A DNA stretch of 64,000 bases from an uncultured Chloroflexia bacterium (GTDB lineage Bacteria > Chloroflexota > Limnocylindria > Limnocylindrales > CSP1-4), in contig CAVPPB010000003.1 of NCBI GenBank assembly GCA_963707215.1, positions 64,001 through 128,000 on the forward strand, in the 5' to 3' direction. A program made the translations under genes and the position numbers. Below the pieces are notes generated by a model that had not been told where the DNA came from, did no database searches, and was given only the letters and a program-made list of their open reading frames with translations. Positions within the stretch are counted from its first letter, which is position 1; every line of letters begins with the position of its first letter. Below, in pieces: positions 1 to 8,334 of this stretch.

Positions 1-57
1 GACATGGCCACGACCGACGACGCACCGGCCAGGGGCTCGACCGGGTCCGCACCATGA
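1..57 (+). CDS. 3' tail of upstream gene (possibly hisD), partial
   Basis: Open frame DMATTDDAPARGSTGSAP* ends in a TGA that overlaps the hisC ATG (ATGA). Identity guessed from position only. Confidence 0.3.
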   Translation, partial: DMATTDDAPARGSTGSAP

Positions 58-1199
58 GTCCGACGCCCGTCTCGTTCCAGGACCCGAATGCCCCGTCGGC
101 CTATGCCTGGGAGGCGACCACCGAAGCCGTCGCGGCGCGCTATGGGCTCGATCCGGCCGAAGTCCTCCGCTTCGATCTCAACACGTCGCCGGCACCACCG
201 GCCGGCCTCGATGGGCTCCTGGCGGCCGGCGGCTGGCACGCTCCGCTGTGCGAATACCCGCCGGCCGACTATCGCCGCCTCGTGGAGGCGGCCGCGTCCC
301 GGTACGGAGTGGGATCCGACCGGATCGTCGTCGGCGCCGGCGCCGACGAGATCCTCGATCTGGTCGCCAAGGCGTACCTGGGCCCCGGCCGCGCCGCTGT
401 CCTGCCGTCGCCGACCTATGCCATGTACCGCGTCCTCACCGAGCAGCGCGGGGCCGAGCCGATCGTCGTGCAACGCCGTCCGCCCGGCGAGGGCTTCGCG
501 CTCGACATCGAGGCGACTCGCAAGGCCGCCGCCGGGGCCGACCTGGTCTGGGTCTGTGACCCGAACAACCCGACCGGGACCATCGAGCCGCCCGGAGGGC
601 TCGCGACACTCCTCCGCGGCCTGGCTGTCGATGCGCGGGAGGCCGCTCGCCCGGCCCCGCTCGTCGTCGTCGACGAGGCGTATGCCGAGTTCGTCGGCCG
701 CGACACCGTCGAGCTGCCCGCCGACTACCCGGACCTCATCGTCATCCGGACCGTTTCGAAGGCCTTTGCCGCCGCCGGGTTGCGGGTCGGGTTCGGGATC
801 GCCCGTCGAGAGGTCCTTGAGCGGATCGAGCCGTACCGCCCGCCCGGTTCCGTCTCGACGGTCTCCGTGACGGTCGTCGCCGAGCTCCTCCGTGACTCGA
901 CGATCCCAGAGGCGAACCGTCGCCGCGTCCGGGCCGAGCGCGAGCGCTTCGCAGACGGCCTGGGCAGGCTCGGATGGACCGTGCTCCCCTCGGCCACCAA
1001 CTTCCTCCTCGTCGATCTCGGCGCTCCTGCATCGGCCGCTGCAGCCGCCGAGGGACTGCTGCGCCGGGGCCTCGTCCCGCGGACCTTCGCGGCCGACCAT
1101 CCGCTTGCTGGGTACCTGCGTCTCACGGTCAGGACGCCGGAAGATGACGATCGCCTGCTCGCCGCGGCCGCCGCGGCCCTCTCCGAGGATCGATCATGA
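54..1199 (+). CDS. hisC: Histidinol-phosphate aminotransferase
   Basis: PLP class I/II motifs GAGADE, PNNPTG, VVDEAY and RTVSKAF..AGLRVG (PLP Lys); sits in his cluster. Confidence 0.93.
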   Translation: MSPTPVSFQDPNAPSAYAWEATTEAVAARYGLDPAEVLRFDLNTSPAPPAGLDGLLAAGGWHAPLCEYPPADYRRLVEAAASRYGVGSDRIVVGAGADEILDLVAKAYLGPGRAAVLPSPTYAMYRVLTEQRGAEPIVVQRRPPGEGFALDIEATRKAAAGADLVWVCDPNNPTGTIEPPGGLATLLRGLAVDAREAARPAPLVVVDEAYAEFVGRDTVELPADYPDLIVIRTVSKAFAAAGLRVGFGIARREVLERIEPYRPPGSVSTVSVTVVAELLRDSTIPEANRRRVRAERERFADGLGRLGWTVLPSATNFLLVDLGAPASAAAAAEGLLRRGLVPRTFAADHPLAGYLRLTVRTPEDDDRLLAAAAAALSEDRS

Positions 1200-1822
1200 C
1201 AACACCAGACGGCACGTTCGACACTGAGATCCGGCCCGGACGGGTCGCCCTCGTGCGCCGCGTCACCCGCGAAACGACTGTCGAGGTCGAACTCGATCTT
1301 GACGGGACCGGCCTGGCCGAGGTGACGACCGGCATCGGCGCCTACGATCACCTGCTGTCATCGATGGCCCATCACGGCCTGCTCGACCTTCGGATCGAGG
1401 CCACCGGCGATCTCCATGTGGATGAACACCACACTGTCGAGGACGTGGGTCTCGTCCTTGGCGCCGCCCTGGCCGGGGCGCTCGGCGGTCGGTCCGGCAT
1501 CGCCCGCTTCGGCGACGCTTCGGTCCCGATGGACGAGGCCTTGGCGACGGCCATCGTCGACGTCGGCGGGCGGCCATACGCCGTCCTCGACCTCCCGTTC
1601 CGGGGCGAGCGAATGGGTTCGCTGCCCCTGCAGCTCGTTCCGCACGCCCTGGAGGCCTTCGCCCGGATGAGCGGCGTGACGCTGCATCTCCGTGGATCAG
1701 GCGTCAACGACCATCATCTCGCCGAGGCGGCCTTCAAGGCCCTCGGTCGGGCTCTGCGGGCGGCGATCTCGACAGACCCGCGCCGCGCGGGGGTCGCCTC
1801 CACCAAGGGCTCGCTCGGGTGA
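1196..1822 (+). CDS. hisB: Imidazoleglycerol-phosphate dehydratase
   Basis: R.TRET, DEHHTVED, PMDEAL, NDHH.AEA.FKA and C-terminal STKG.L motifs. Confidence 0.96.
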   Translation: MTTPDGTFDTEIRPGRVALVRRVTRETTVEVELDLDGTGLAEVTTGIGAYDHLLSSMAHHGLLDLRIEATGDLHVDEHHTVEDVGLVLGAALAGALGGRSGIARFGDASVPMDEALATAIVDVGGRPYAVLDLPFRGERMGSLPLQLVPHALEAFARMSGVTLHLRGSGVNDHHLAEAAFKALGRALRAAISTDPRRAGVASTKGSLG

Positions 1823-2508
1823 CCGCGGTCCATCGTCCTACCGGCCCGCGCGTCGCGGTCGTCGACTACGGCGCGGGTAACCTCGTCAGCATCGAGCAGG
1901 GTCTCGCGGCTGCCGGCGCCCGGGTCGTCGTGGCACGGGCCGCGTCGGACCTGGTCGCGATGGATGCCCTGGTGGTGCCCGGGGTCGGCGCTGCCCGGCC
2001 CGCGATGCGACGTCTGGCCCGGTACGGGCTGCTGCCGGCCGTGCGGTCGTGGATCGAGGCCGACCGCCCGTACCTCGGCATCTGTCTTGGCCTCCAGCTC
2101 CTGTTCGAGCACAGCGAGGAGGACGGGGCGACCATGATGGGCGTGATCCCGGGGAGCGTGCAGCGACTGGTCGACGCCCCGACCCTCCCCCATATCGGCT
2201 GGAACCAGGTCCAGCTGGCTCGAAACCATCCGCTCTTCGACGGGATCGCCGACGGGACCGACCTCTACTTCGTCCACTCCTACGCCGGGGTGCCCGATCC
2301 CGCGGTCGCCGACGGTATCGTCCTGGCGACCACCGACCACGGCGGCGCCTTCGCAAGCGCGATCGCCAGGGGTCCGCTCCTGGGGGTCCAGTTCCACCCC
2401 GAGCGGAGCGCGGACGATGGCCTGCGGATCCTCGCCAACTTCGTGGCCATCGCCGGCGCCTCGCCGCAGCCCGCCGCTCCTTCCCGCCAACCAGCGGGTA
2501 CCGTCTGA
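1819..2508 (+). CDS. hisH: Imidazole glycerol phosphate synthase, glutaminase subunit
   Basis: DYGAGN, PGVG, GICLG.Q, PHIGWN, YFVHSY and QFHPERS motifs. Confidence 0.96.
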   Translation: MTAVHRPTGPRVAVVDYGAGNLVSIEQGLAAAGARVVVARAASDLVAMDALVVPGVGAARPAMRRLARYGLLPAVRSWIEADRPYLGICLGLQLLFEHSEEDGATMMGVIPGSVQRLVDAPTLPHIGWNQVQLARNHPLFDGIADGTDLYFVHSYAGVPDPAVADGIVLATTDHGGAFASAIARGPLLGVQFHPERSADDGLRILANFVAIAGASPQPAAPSRQPAGTV

Positions 2509-3296
2509 TGCTTCGCCGTCGCGTCATCCCCTGCCTCGACGTGGCCCACGGCCGGGTCGTCAAGGGCGTCCGATTCGTGGACCTCGTCGACGAGGGCGAT
2601 CCTCCCGAGCTCGCCGAGCGCTACGCTCGCGAGGGCGCCGACGAACTCGTCTTTCTCGACATCGCCGCCGCGCCCGACGGCCGGGCCACCCTGCTGGACA
2701 TCGTCGAGCGCACCGCCCGGCGCGCGTTCGTGCCACTGACGGTGGGTGGCGGCGTGCGGAGCGTGGCCGAGATGCGCGCGGTGCTGCGGGCCGGGGCCGA
2801 CAGGGTGAGCCTGAACACGGCCGCCGTCGCCGATCCGGCCCTCGTCCAGCGCTGTGCGCGGCGCTTCGGAGCCCAGGCCGTCGTGGTGGCCATCGATGCG
2901 CGACGCCAGGCGGACGGCCCCGATGGCCCGCACTGGGAGGTCGTCGTGAAGGGCGGCCGAGAGCCGACCGGCATCGACGCAGTGGCCTGGGCCCAGCGAG
3001 CCGTCGAGCTTGGCGCCGGCGAGCTGCTCGTCACCTCGATGGACCGTGACGGGACCCGGGCGGGCTTCGACGTCGAGCTGCTCCGGTCGATCTCGGACCG
3101 GATCACCGTCCCGGTCATCGCCTCGGGCGGCGCCGCCGGGCCGGCCGACTTCGTCTCGGCGGTCCGTGACGGCGGCGCTGATGCGGTGCTGGCGGCCTCC
3201 ATCTTCCATCGGCGGCTCCACTCGATCGCCGCTGTGAAGCAGGCGATGGCCGCGGCCGGCCTGCCGGTCCGGGCGGCGCCCGAGGCTGTCGCATGA
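2508..3296 (+). CDS. hisF: Imidazole glycerol phosphate synthase, cyclase subunit
   Basis: [51 protein letters not shown] at 2508 overlaps the hisH stop (TGATG). Confidence 0.96.
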   Translation: MLRRRVIPCLDVAHGRVVKGVRFVDLVDEGDPPELAERYAREGADELVFLDIAAAPDGRATLLDIVERTARRAFVPLTVGGGVRSVAEMRAVLRAGADRVSLNTAAVADPALVQRCARRFGAQAVVVAIDARRQADGPDGPHWEVVVKGGREPTGIDAVAWAQRAVELGAGELLVTSMDRDGTRAGFDVELLRSISDRITVPVIASGGAAGPADFVSAVRDGGADAVLAASIFHRRLHSIAAVKQAMAAAGLPVRAAPEAVA

Positions 3297-4024
3297 CCGG
3301 CCAGGTGCTTCCCGATGGGATCCGCTTCGGTGCGGACGGGCTCGTCCCGGCGATCGTCCAGGACGCGGCCGATGGGCGGGTCCTCATGCAGGCCTGGATG
3401 GATCCTGAGGCCGTGGAGGCGACGCTGCGGACCGGCGAGGTCCACTTCCACTCGCGCTCGCGAGGACGCCTCTGGCGCAAGGGTGAGACGAGCGGCAACG
3501 TGCTTCGACTGCGGTCCATGGCCGTCGACTGCGACGGTGACGCCCTGCTCGTCACCGTCGATCCCATCGGGCCGACCTGCCATCGCGGCTCGCGGAGCTG
3601 CTTCGACCCGCCGCCGTCGGGGACAGCCGACGACGGTGAAGTGGCCGGAGCCGTGAGTACGGACGGAGCCCACCGCGAGGCGGTCGCACCCGAGGAACGG
3701 CTTGCCTGGCTCGAGGTCCTTTGGTCGACCATCGAGCGGCGGGCCCGAGATCGCCCGGCGGACTCCTACACTGCGCGCCTCCTGGCAGGTGGGGTCGACG
3801 CCGTCGGTCGGAAGGTCACCGAGGAGGCGACCGAGGTCCTCCTGGCAGCTCGCGACGACGCCGAGGCCGAACGGTCGGGAGCCGCACGGACGACGACGCG
3901 ACGCGCCCTGGCCGAGGAGTCTGCCGATCTGCTCTACCACCTCCTCGTCCTGGCGGCGGAGCGGGGCATCTCCCCGTCCGAGGTCGTGACCGTCCTCCGC
4001 CGCCGCCACGGCGAGGGAAGCTAG
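3293..4024 (+). CDS. hisIE: Bifunctional phosphoribosyl-AMP cyclohydrolase / phosphoribosyl-ATP pyrophosphatase
   Basis: HisI motifs [26 protein letters not shown]; HisE motifs SYT..LL, KV.EEA.E, E.ADLLYH. Confidence 0.95.
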   Translation: MTGQVLPDGIRFGADGLVPAIVQDAADGRVLMQAWMDPEAVEATLRTGEVHFHSRSRGRLWRKGETSGNVLRLRSMAVDCDGDALLVTVDPIGPTCHRGSRSCFDPPPSGTADDGEVAGAVSTDGAHREAVAPEERLAWLEVLWSTIERRARDRPADSYTARLLAGGVDAVGRKVTEEATEVLLAARDDAEAERSGAARTTTRRALAEESADLLYHLLVLAAERGISPSEVVTVLRRRHGEGS

Positions 4025-5340
4025 GGATCGATCCTTCCGACCCAGCGCCGTCGCTTGCCCACCCAGACCTGGAGCCAGGTCCCGGCGGTCGGGTCCGGCA
4101 CGGTATCGTCGACGCCCGCGATCCGTCGGCCGTTGATCGTGACCGCGCCACCCGCGATCAGCCTTCGAGCCTCGCTCCTGGACGGGGCGATACCCGCGGC
4201 GACCATGAGGTCGACCACTCCGGCGGCGACCGTGGCAGCCGGGATCTCGAAGTGGTCGAGCTCCCGGTGGAGCATCTCGAGGACGGCCGGATCGTCGACC
4301 GGCTCGCGGGCGAATGCGGCCTCGCTGGCGTCGATGACCCGGCGGGTCACCTCGTCGCCGTGGGTCCGGGCTGTCAGGTCCTTCGCCAGTGCCCGCTGCG
4401 CGGATCGCTGCTCGGGTCGGGCGGCCAGGTCCACCTCGAGCGCCTCGATCTCCCCGCGCTCCATCAGGGTGAAGAAGCGCAGGTGGACGGGGACGTCGGC
4501 GTCGGCCGCCTGGAGCCAGTGCTGGTAGAAGGCGAAGGGGCTGGTCAGCGCAGGGTCGAGCCAGACCGACGTACCTTCGGCCGTCTTGCCGAACTTCTCG
4601 CCGGACGGGTTGGTGAGCAGCGGATAGGCAAGGGCGTGGGCCGCCTCGCCCTCCGACGGTGGTGCGGAACGCCGGATCAGCTCCAGTCCGGCGGTGATGT
4701 TCCCCCACTGGTCGGCGCCGCCCATCTGGAGCTCGACGCCCATGGTTCGGTGGAGATGGGCGAAGTCGGCCGCCTGCAGGAGCATGTAGCTGAACTCGGT
4801 GAAGGAGAGCCCCCGCTCCAGGCGACCCTGGACGGAGTCCTTGCCCAGCATGTACGGCACGGTGAAGTGCTTCCCGACGTCGCGCAGGAAGTCGAGGAGT
4901 CGGACCTCGCCGGTCCAGTCGAGGTTGTTCACCAGCACGGCGCCGCCCGGACCCGCCCCGAAGTCGAGGTACCGCTCGAGCTGGCCACGGACGGCCGTGA
5001 CGTTCGCCTCGAGGGCATCGCGGTCGAGCAGGTTCCGCTCGCTGGAGCGCCCCGACGGGTCCCCGACCATCCCGGTCGCTCCGCCGACCAGGGCGACGGG
5101 ACGGCCGCCGTGGCGCTGGAGCTGGATGAGCCCGAAGATCGGGATCAGGTGGCCGATGTGGAGCGAGGGGCCTGACGGGTCGAAGCCCGTGTACCCGGCG
5201 ATCGGCCGCCCCGACGCGAGGCGCTCCGGGAGACCCGGCGTGTGCTCGTGGAGCATGCCTCGCCAGCGCAGCTCATCGAGCAGGCCCTCGACCGGGCGCG
5301 GCTGCAGGTCGATCTCGGTCACCTCGGTTCCACGCGTCAC
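4021..5340 (-). CDS. tyrS: Tyrosine--tRNA ligase
   Basis: Y.GFDPS, HIGH, GDPSGR, EFSYMLLQ..D, QMGG.DQWGNI, KFGKT and a C-terminal S4 domain. Confidence 0.96.
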   Translation of the reverse strand: MTRGTEVTEIDLQPRPVEGLLDELRWRGMLHEHTPGLPERLASGRPIAGYTGFDPSGPSLHIGHLIPIFGLIQLQRHGGRPVALVGGATGMVGDPSGRSSERNLLDRDALEANVTAVRGQLERYLDFGAGPGGAVLVNNLDWTGEVRLLDFLRDVGKHFTVPYMLGKDSVQGRLERGLSFTEFSYMLLQAADFAHLHRTMGVELQMGGADQWGNITAGLELIRRSAPPSEGEAAHALAYPLLTNPSGEKFGKTAEGTSVWLDPALTSPFAFYQHWLQAADADVPVHLRFFTLMERGEIEALEVDLAARPEQRSAQRALAKDLTARTHGDEVTRRVIDASEAAFAREPVDDPAVLEMLHRELDHFEIPAATVAAGVVDLMVAAGIAPSRSEARRLIAGGAVTINGRRIAGVDDTVPDPTAGTWLQVWVGKRRRWVGRIDP

Positions 5341-5403
5341 ACGTCCGCGGTGCGAGCCGTCTCGACCGCGGCGACCCAGGGGAAACAGTGCTTCCTGGGC
5401 CCT

Positions 5404-5413
5404 ATGCTATCGT
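5404..5413. promoter_or_regulatory. Overlapping divergent -10 elements for tyrS and the PBP gene
   Basis: Plus strand TGC-TATCGT (extended -10, 5405-5413); minus strand TAGCAT (5404-5409). Confidence 0.5.
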
Positions 5414-5423
5414 GACCTTCAGT

Positions 5424-8261
5424 ATGCAGACCAGCCTGGCCCGACGGCGGCGCCGACAGCGCAACGACCGTCGCGGGGGCTCCGGGGGCATCGGCGCCGT
5501 GGGCGCCGTTGCCATCATCATCCCCCTCTTCCTCTTCGCGACCCTGGCTCTGGGCGGCTTCCTCGGCTTTGCCACGGTCGTTTCGGCCTACAACGGGTAT
5601 GCCGAGGGGCTGCCGGACCCCAAGTCGCTGTTCGAGGAGATCACCTTCGACCAGCCGACCAAGGTCTACGACCGGACCGGGGTCGTGGAGCTGGCCACGC
5701 TGGGTGAGATCAAGCGCGAACTGGCGACCTTCGAGGAGATCCCACCGGAGGTGATCGACGCTACCACGGCGATCGAGGACAACACCTTCTGGGAGAACGT
5801 CGGCTTCGATCCCATCGGTATCGCCTCGGCTGCGGTGGACACCCTCCGCGGCCGCGAGCGCGGCGCCTCGACCATCACCCAGCAGCTGGTCCGCAACGAG
5901 CTCCTGCCTGCCTGGGCTTTCGAGGGCACGGTCTACGACCGAAAGATCCGCGAGATCATCCAGTCGGTCCGCCTGACCCAGGCCTTCCCCGGCGAGGAAG
6001 GCAAGGAGAAGGTCATGGAGGCCTACCTCAACGGCAACTTCTATGGCAACCAGAGCTACGGCGTGAAGGCCGCGGCCCGCAGCTACTTCGACAAGGATCT
6101 CGAAGAGCTGACCCTTGCCGAGGCCGCCATCCTCGCCGGGATCCTGCCTTCGCCGACCATCTACGACCTGGTCCGCAACGCCGAAGCCACGTGTCTCGTG
6201 GAGACTGCCGAGGGAGCCGACTGCCCCGCCGACCAGATAGCGCTGGTCGTGCCCGCCGATCGCGAGATCGTGCAGCGGCGGAACTACATCCTCGAGTTGA
6301 TGAAGACCCGCAGCTGGCTGTCCGGCGAGCGCCACACGGTCGCCGAGTACGAGGCGGCCAAGCAGGAGCCCGTCATCCTGGCCCCCCAGAAGGTCCAGCC
6401 GTGGAAGGCCGCCCACTTCGTCTGGCAGGTCCACCGTCAGCTCGGCGCGATCCTCTGTGGGTCCGAGAACGCGGATGTCTGCGATCTCGTGGACACCGGT
6501 GGGTACCGGGTGACCACGACCCTCGACTGGGACAAGCAGCAGGTCGTGGAACGATGGCTCTACGCGAGCGCCCGCGCTCCGAACCTCAAGGGCACCGACG
6601 GCATCCTCGAGGGCCTCAGCATCCCCAAGGGCGACTGGGGATGGATCCGAGAGCTGCGGGGCAAGAACATCAATAACGCCGCCGGCGCCGTGATGGACGC
6701 CCGGACCGGCGAGGTCCTCGCCTATGGCGGCAGCGCCGGCTACAGCGCCGCGGGCAACGAGAAGTTCCAGCCCCAGTTCGACGTCCTGTCCGACGGCTAC
6801 CGACAGCCGGGATCGGCCATCAAGCCGATCGACTACGTCATCGGCATCGACGACAAGACCATGACGGCATCAACGCTCTTCATGGACGTGGTCACGGACT
6901 TCACCCCGAACCGCGATCCCTACACGCCGACCCAGGCCGATGGGCTCGAGCGTGGGCCGGTCCGCTTGCGTTCGGCGCTCCAGTTCTCGCTCAACGTCCC
7001 GGCGATCAAGAGCGGCTTCATCAATGGGCTGGAGCACCAATACGAGCGCTCCCAGGACCTCGGGGTTGACTTCATCCCCGGTTCCTCGCCGGTCATCTCG
7101 ATGAGTATCGGGACGATCGAGACGAAGCCCATCTCGATGCTGACGGCCTACGGCACGATCGCCAACGGCGGCGCCCAGATACCGCGGACGATGATCCTCC
7201 AGGTCACTGACAGCGCGGGCGAGGTCGTCTGGCCGGCCCCAGAGAGCACTCCCACGCCCGAGCAGGTCATCAGCCCACAGGCGGCCTGGATCATCTCCGA
7301 CATCCTCGCCGGGAACACCGACAAGAGCCAGAACCCGTACTGGGCCGAGTGGGCCGTGTTCGATGGCAAGCAGCGACGCGAAGCCGGCTACAAGACGGGA
7401 ACGACCGAGGACACGGTCGACGTGGCAGCGTACGGCTTCCTCGCCCCGCCGTCAGACCCTGATGCGGCCCAGTTGGTCGTGGGCGTCTGGATGGGCAACA
7501 GCAACACCGACCCCACGGGCAGCCTCTCGCTCGACTCGGCAGCGCCGCTGTGGTCCCGGATCATGCGCGACGTCAGTCGAGGGCTTCCCCTTGCGAGCTT
7601 CGCCGACGCCCGGCCCGGCGGTGTCACCCGGGCTGAGGTCGACGCTCACAGCGGGATGCTGCCGGGGCCGTACACCAGCCGAACGGTCGGCGAGTGGTTC
7701 ATCAGCGACGCGGTCCCGCGCGAGAGGGACACGATCAAGGTCGCCGTCCAGGTCGACAAGGCGACCGGTGACCTCTGGCAGGAAGGCTGCGCCGGACCTG
7801 CCGTCACGCAGGGGTATCTCGACTTCTCAGGGGTCGAGCCGGCATTTCCCGAGTGGCGGCCGTACACGGATGGCTGGGTCGCACGAGCCGCCAAGGGCGT
7901 CGGAGTCGCCGGCGGGCCGGCGAAGACGAAGACGAAGACCGTGTACTTCTACAACGGGTCCTTCGCCCCGTTCGGCAAGTCGTGGGGCGCCCCCTTCGCG
8001 CCGACCGAGACATGCGAGCCTCCGGCATCGCCACCACCGTGCGATCCGTTCTGGACGCCGGACCCGAACGCGTCATTCGATCCGTCTGCGACGCCCACGC
8101 CCTGCATCCCGACACCCACTCCGTCACCGGACCCGACGGCGACGCCGAAGCCCGGGAAGCCGTCGCCGACCCCGGCTCCGTCGCCGACCCCGAAGCCCAA
8201 GCCGTCGCCGCAGCCGTCGCCGACACCCGATCCGAGCCCGGCCGCGGCTCCCATCCCGTAG
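5424..8261 (+). CDS. Class A penicillin-binding protein (transglycosylase/transpeptidase) with Pro-rich tail
   Basis: N-terminal TM helix; GT51 motifs IEDNTF and GASTITQQL; transpeptidase SAIK, SLN, KTGT. Start placed at ATG 5424. Confidence 0.92.
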   Translation: MQTSLARRRRRQRNDRRGGSGGIGAVGAVAIIIPLFLFATLALGGFLGFATVVSAYNGYAEGLPDPKSLFEEITFDQPTKVYDRTGVVELATLGEIKRELATFEEIPPEVIDATTAIEDNTFWENVGFDPIGIASAAVDTLRGRERGASTITQQLVRNELLPAWAFEGTVYDRKIREIIQSVRLTQAFPGEEGKEKVMEAYLNGNFYGNQSYGVKAAARSYFDKDLEELTLAEAAILAGILPSPTIYDLVRNAEATCLVETAEGADCPADQIALVVPADREIVQRRNYILELMKTRSWLSGERHTVAEYEAAKQEPVILAPQKVQPWKAAHFVWQVHRQLGAILCGSENADVCDLVDTGGYRVTTTLDWDKQQVVERWLYASARAPNLKGTDGILEGLSIPKGDWGWIRELRGKNINNAAGAVMDARTGEVLAYGGSAGYSAAGNEKFQPQFDVLSDGYRQPGSAIKPIDYVIGIDDKTMTASTLFMDVVTDFTPNRDPYTPTQADGLERGPVRLRSALQFSLNVPAIKSGFINGLEHQYERSQDLGVDFIPGSSPVISMSIGTIETKPISMLTAYGTIANGGAQIPRTMILQVTDSAGEVVWPAPESTPTPEQVISPQAAWIISDILAGNTDKSQNPYWAEWAVFDGKQRREAGYKTGTTEDTVDVAAYGFLAPPSDPDAAQLVVGVWMGNSNTDPTGSLSLDSAAPLWSRIMRDVSRGLPLASFADARPGGVTRAEVDAHSGMLPGPYTSRTVGEWFISDAVPRERDTIKVAVQVDKATGDLWQEGCAGPAVTQGYLDFSGVEPAFPEWRPYTDGWVARAAKGVGVAGGPAKTKTKTVYFYNGSFAPFGKSWGAPFAPTETCEPPASPPPCDPFWTPDPNASFDPSATPTPCIPTPTPSPDPTATPKPGKPSPTPAPSPTPKPKPSPQPSPTPDPSPAAAPIP
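8030..8255 (+). repeat. Pro/Thr/Ser low-complexity coding repeat (TPSP/PTP/PKP)
   Basis: Translation PTPTPSPDPTATPKPGKPSPTPAPSPTPKPKPSPQPSPTPDPSP; recurring CCGTCGCCGACC(C) units. Confidence 0.7.
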
Positions 8262-8334
8262 GCCTCCAAGGCCGAGACCTTCCCTCTCCGCCGGGCACAG
8301 GCTCACGAGGGCCGGGAGTCTCCGCGGCCCGCTC

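Noticed and set aside
2049-2507. N-terminal extensions in the ORF track for hisF (also rpmI, cysS, GT, Schlafen, MFS)
   Set aside because: They run through neighbouring genes; better starts exist at stop/start overlaps, SD sites or -10 elements.
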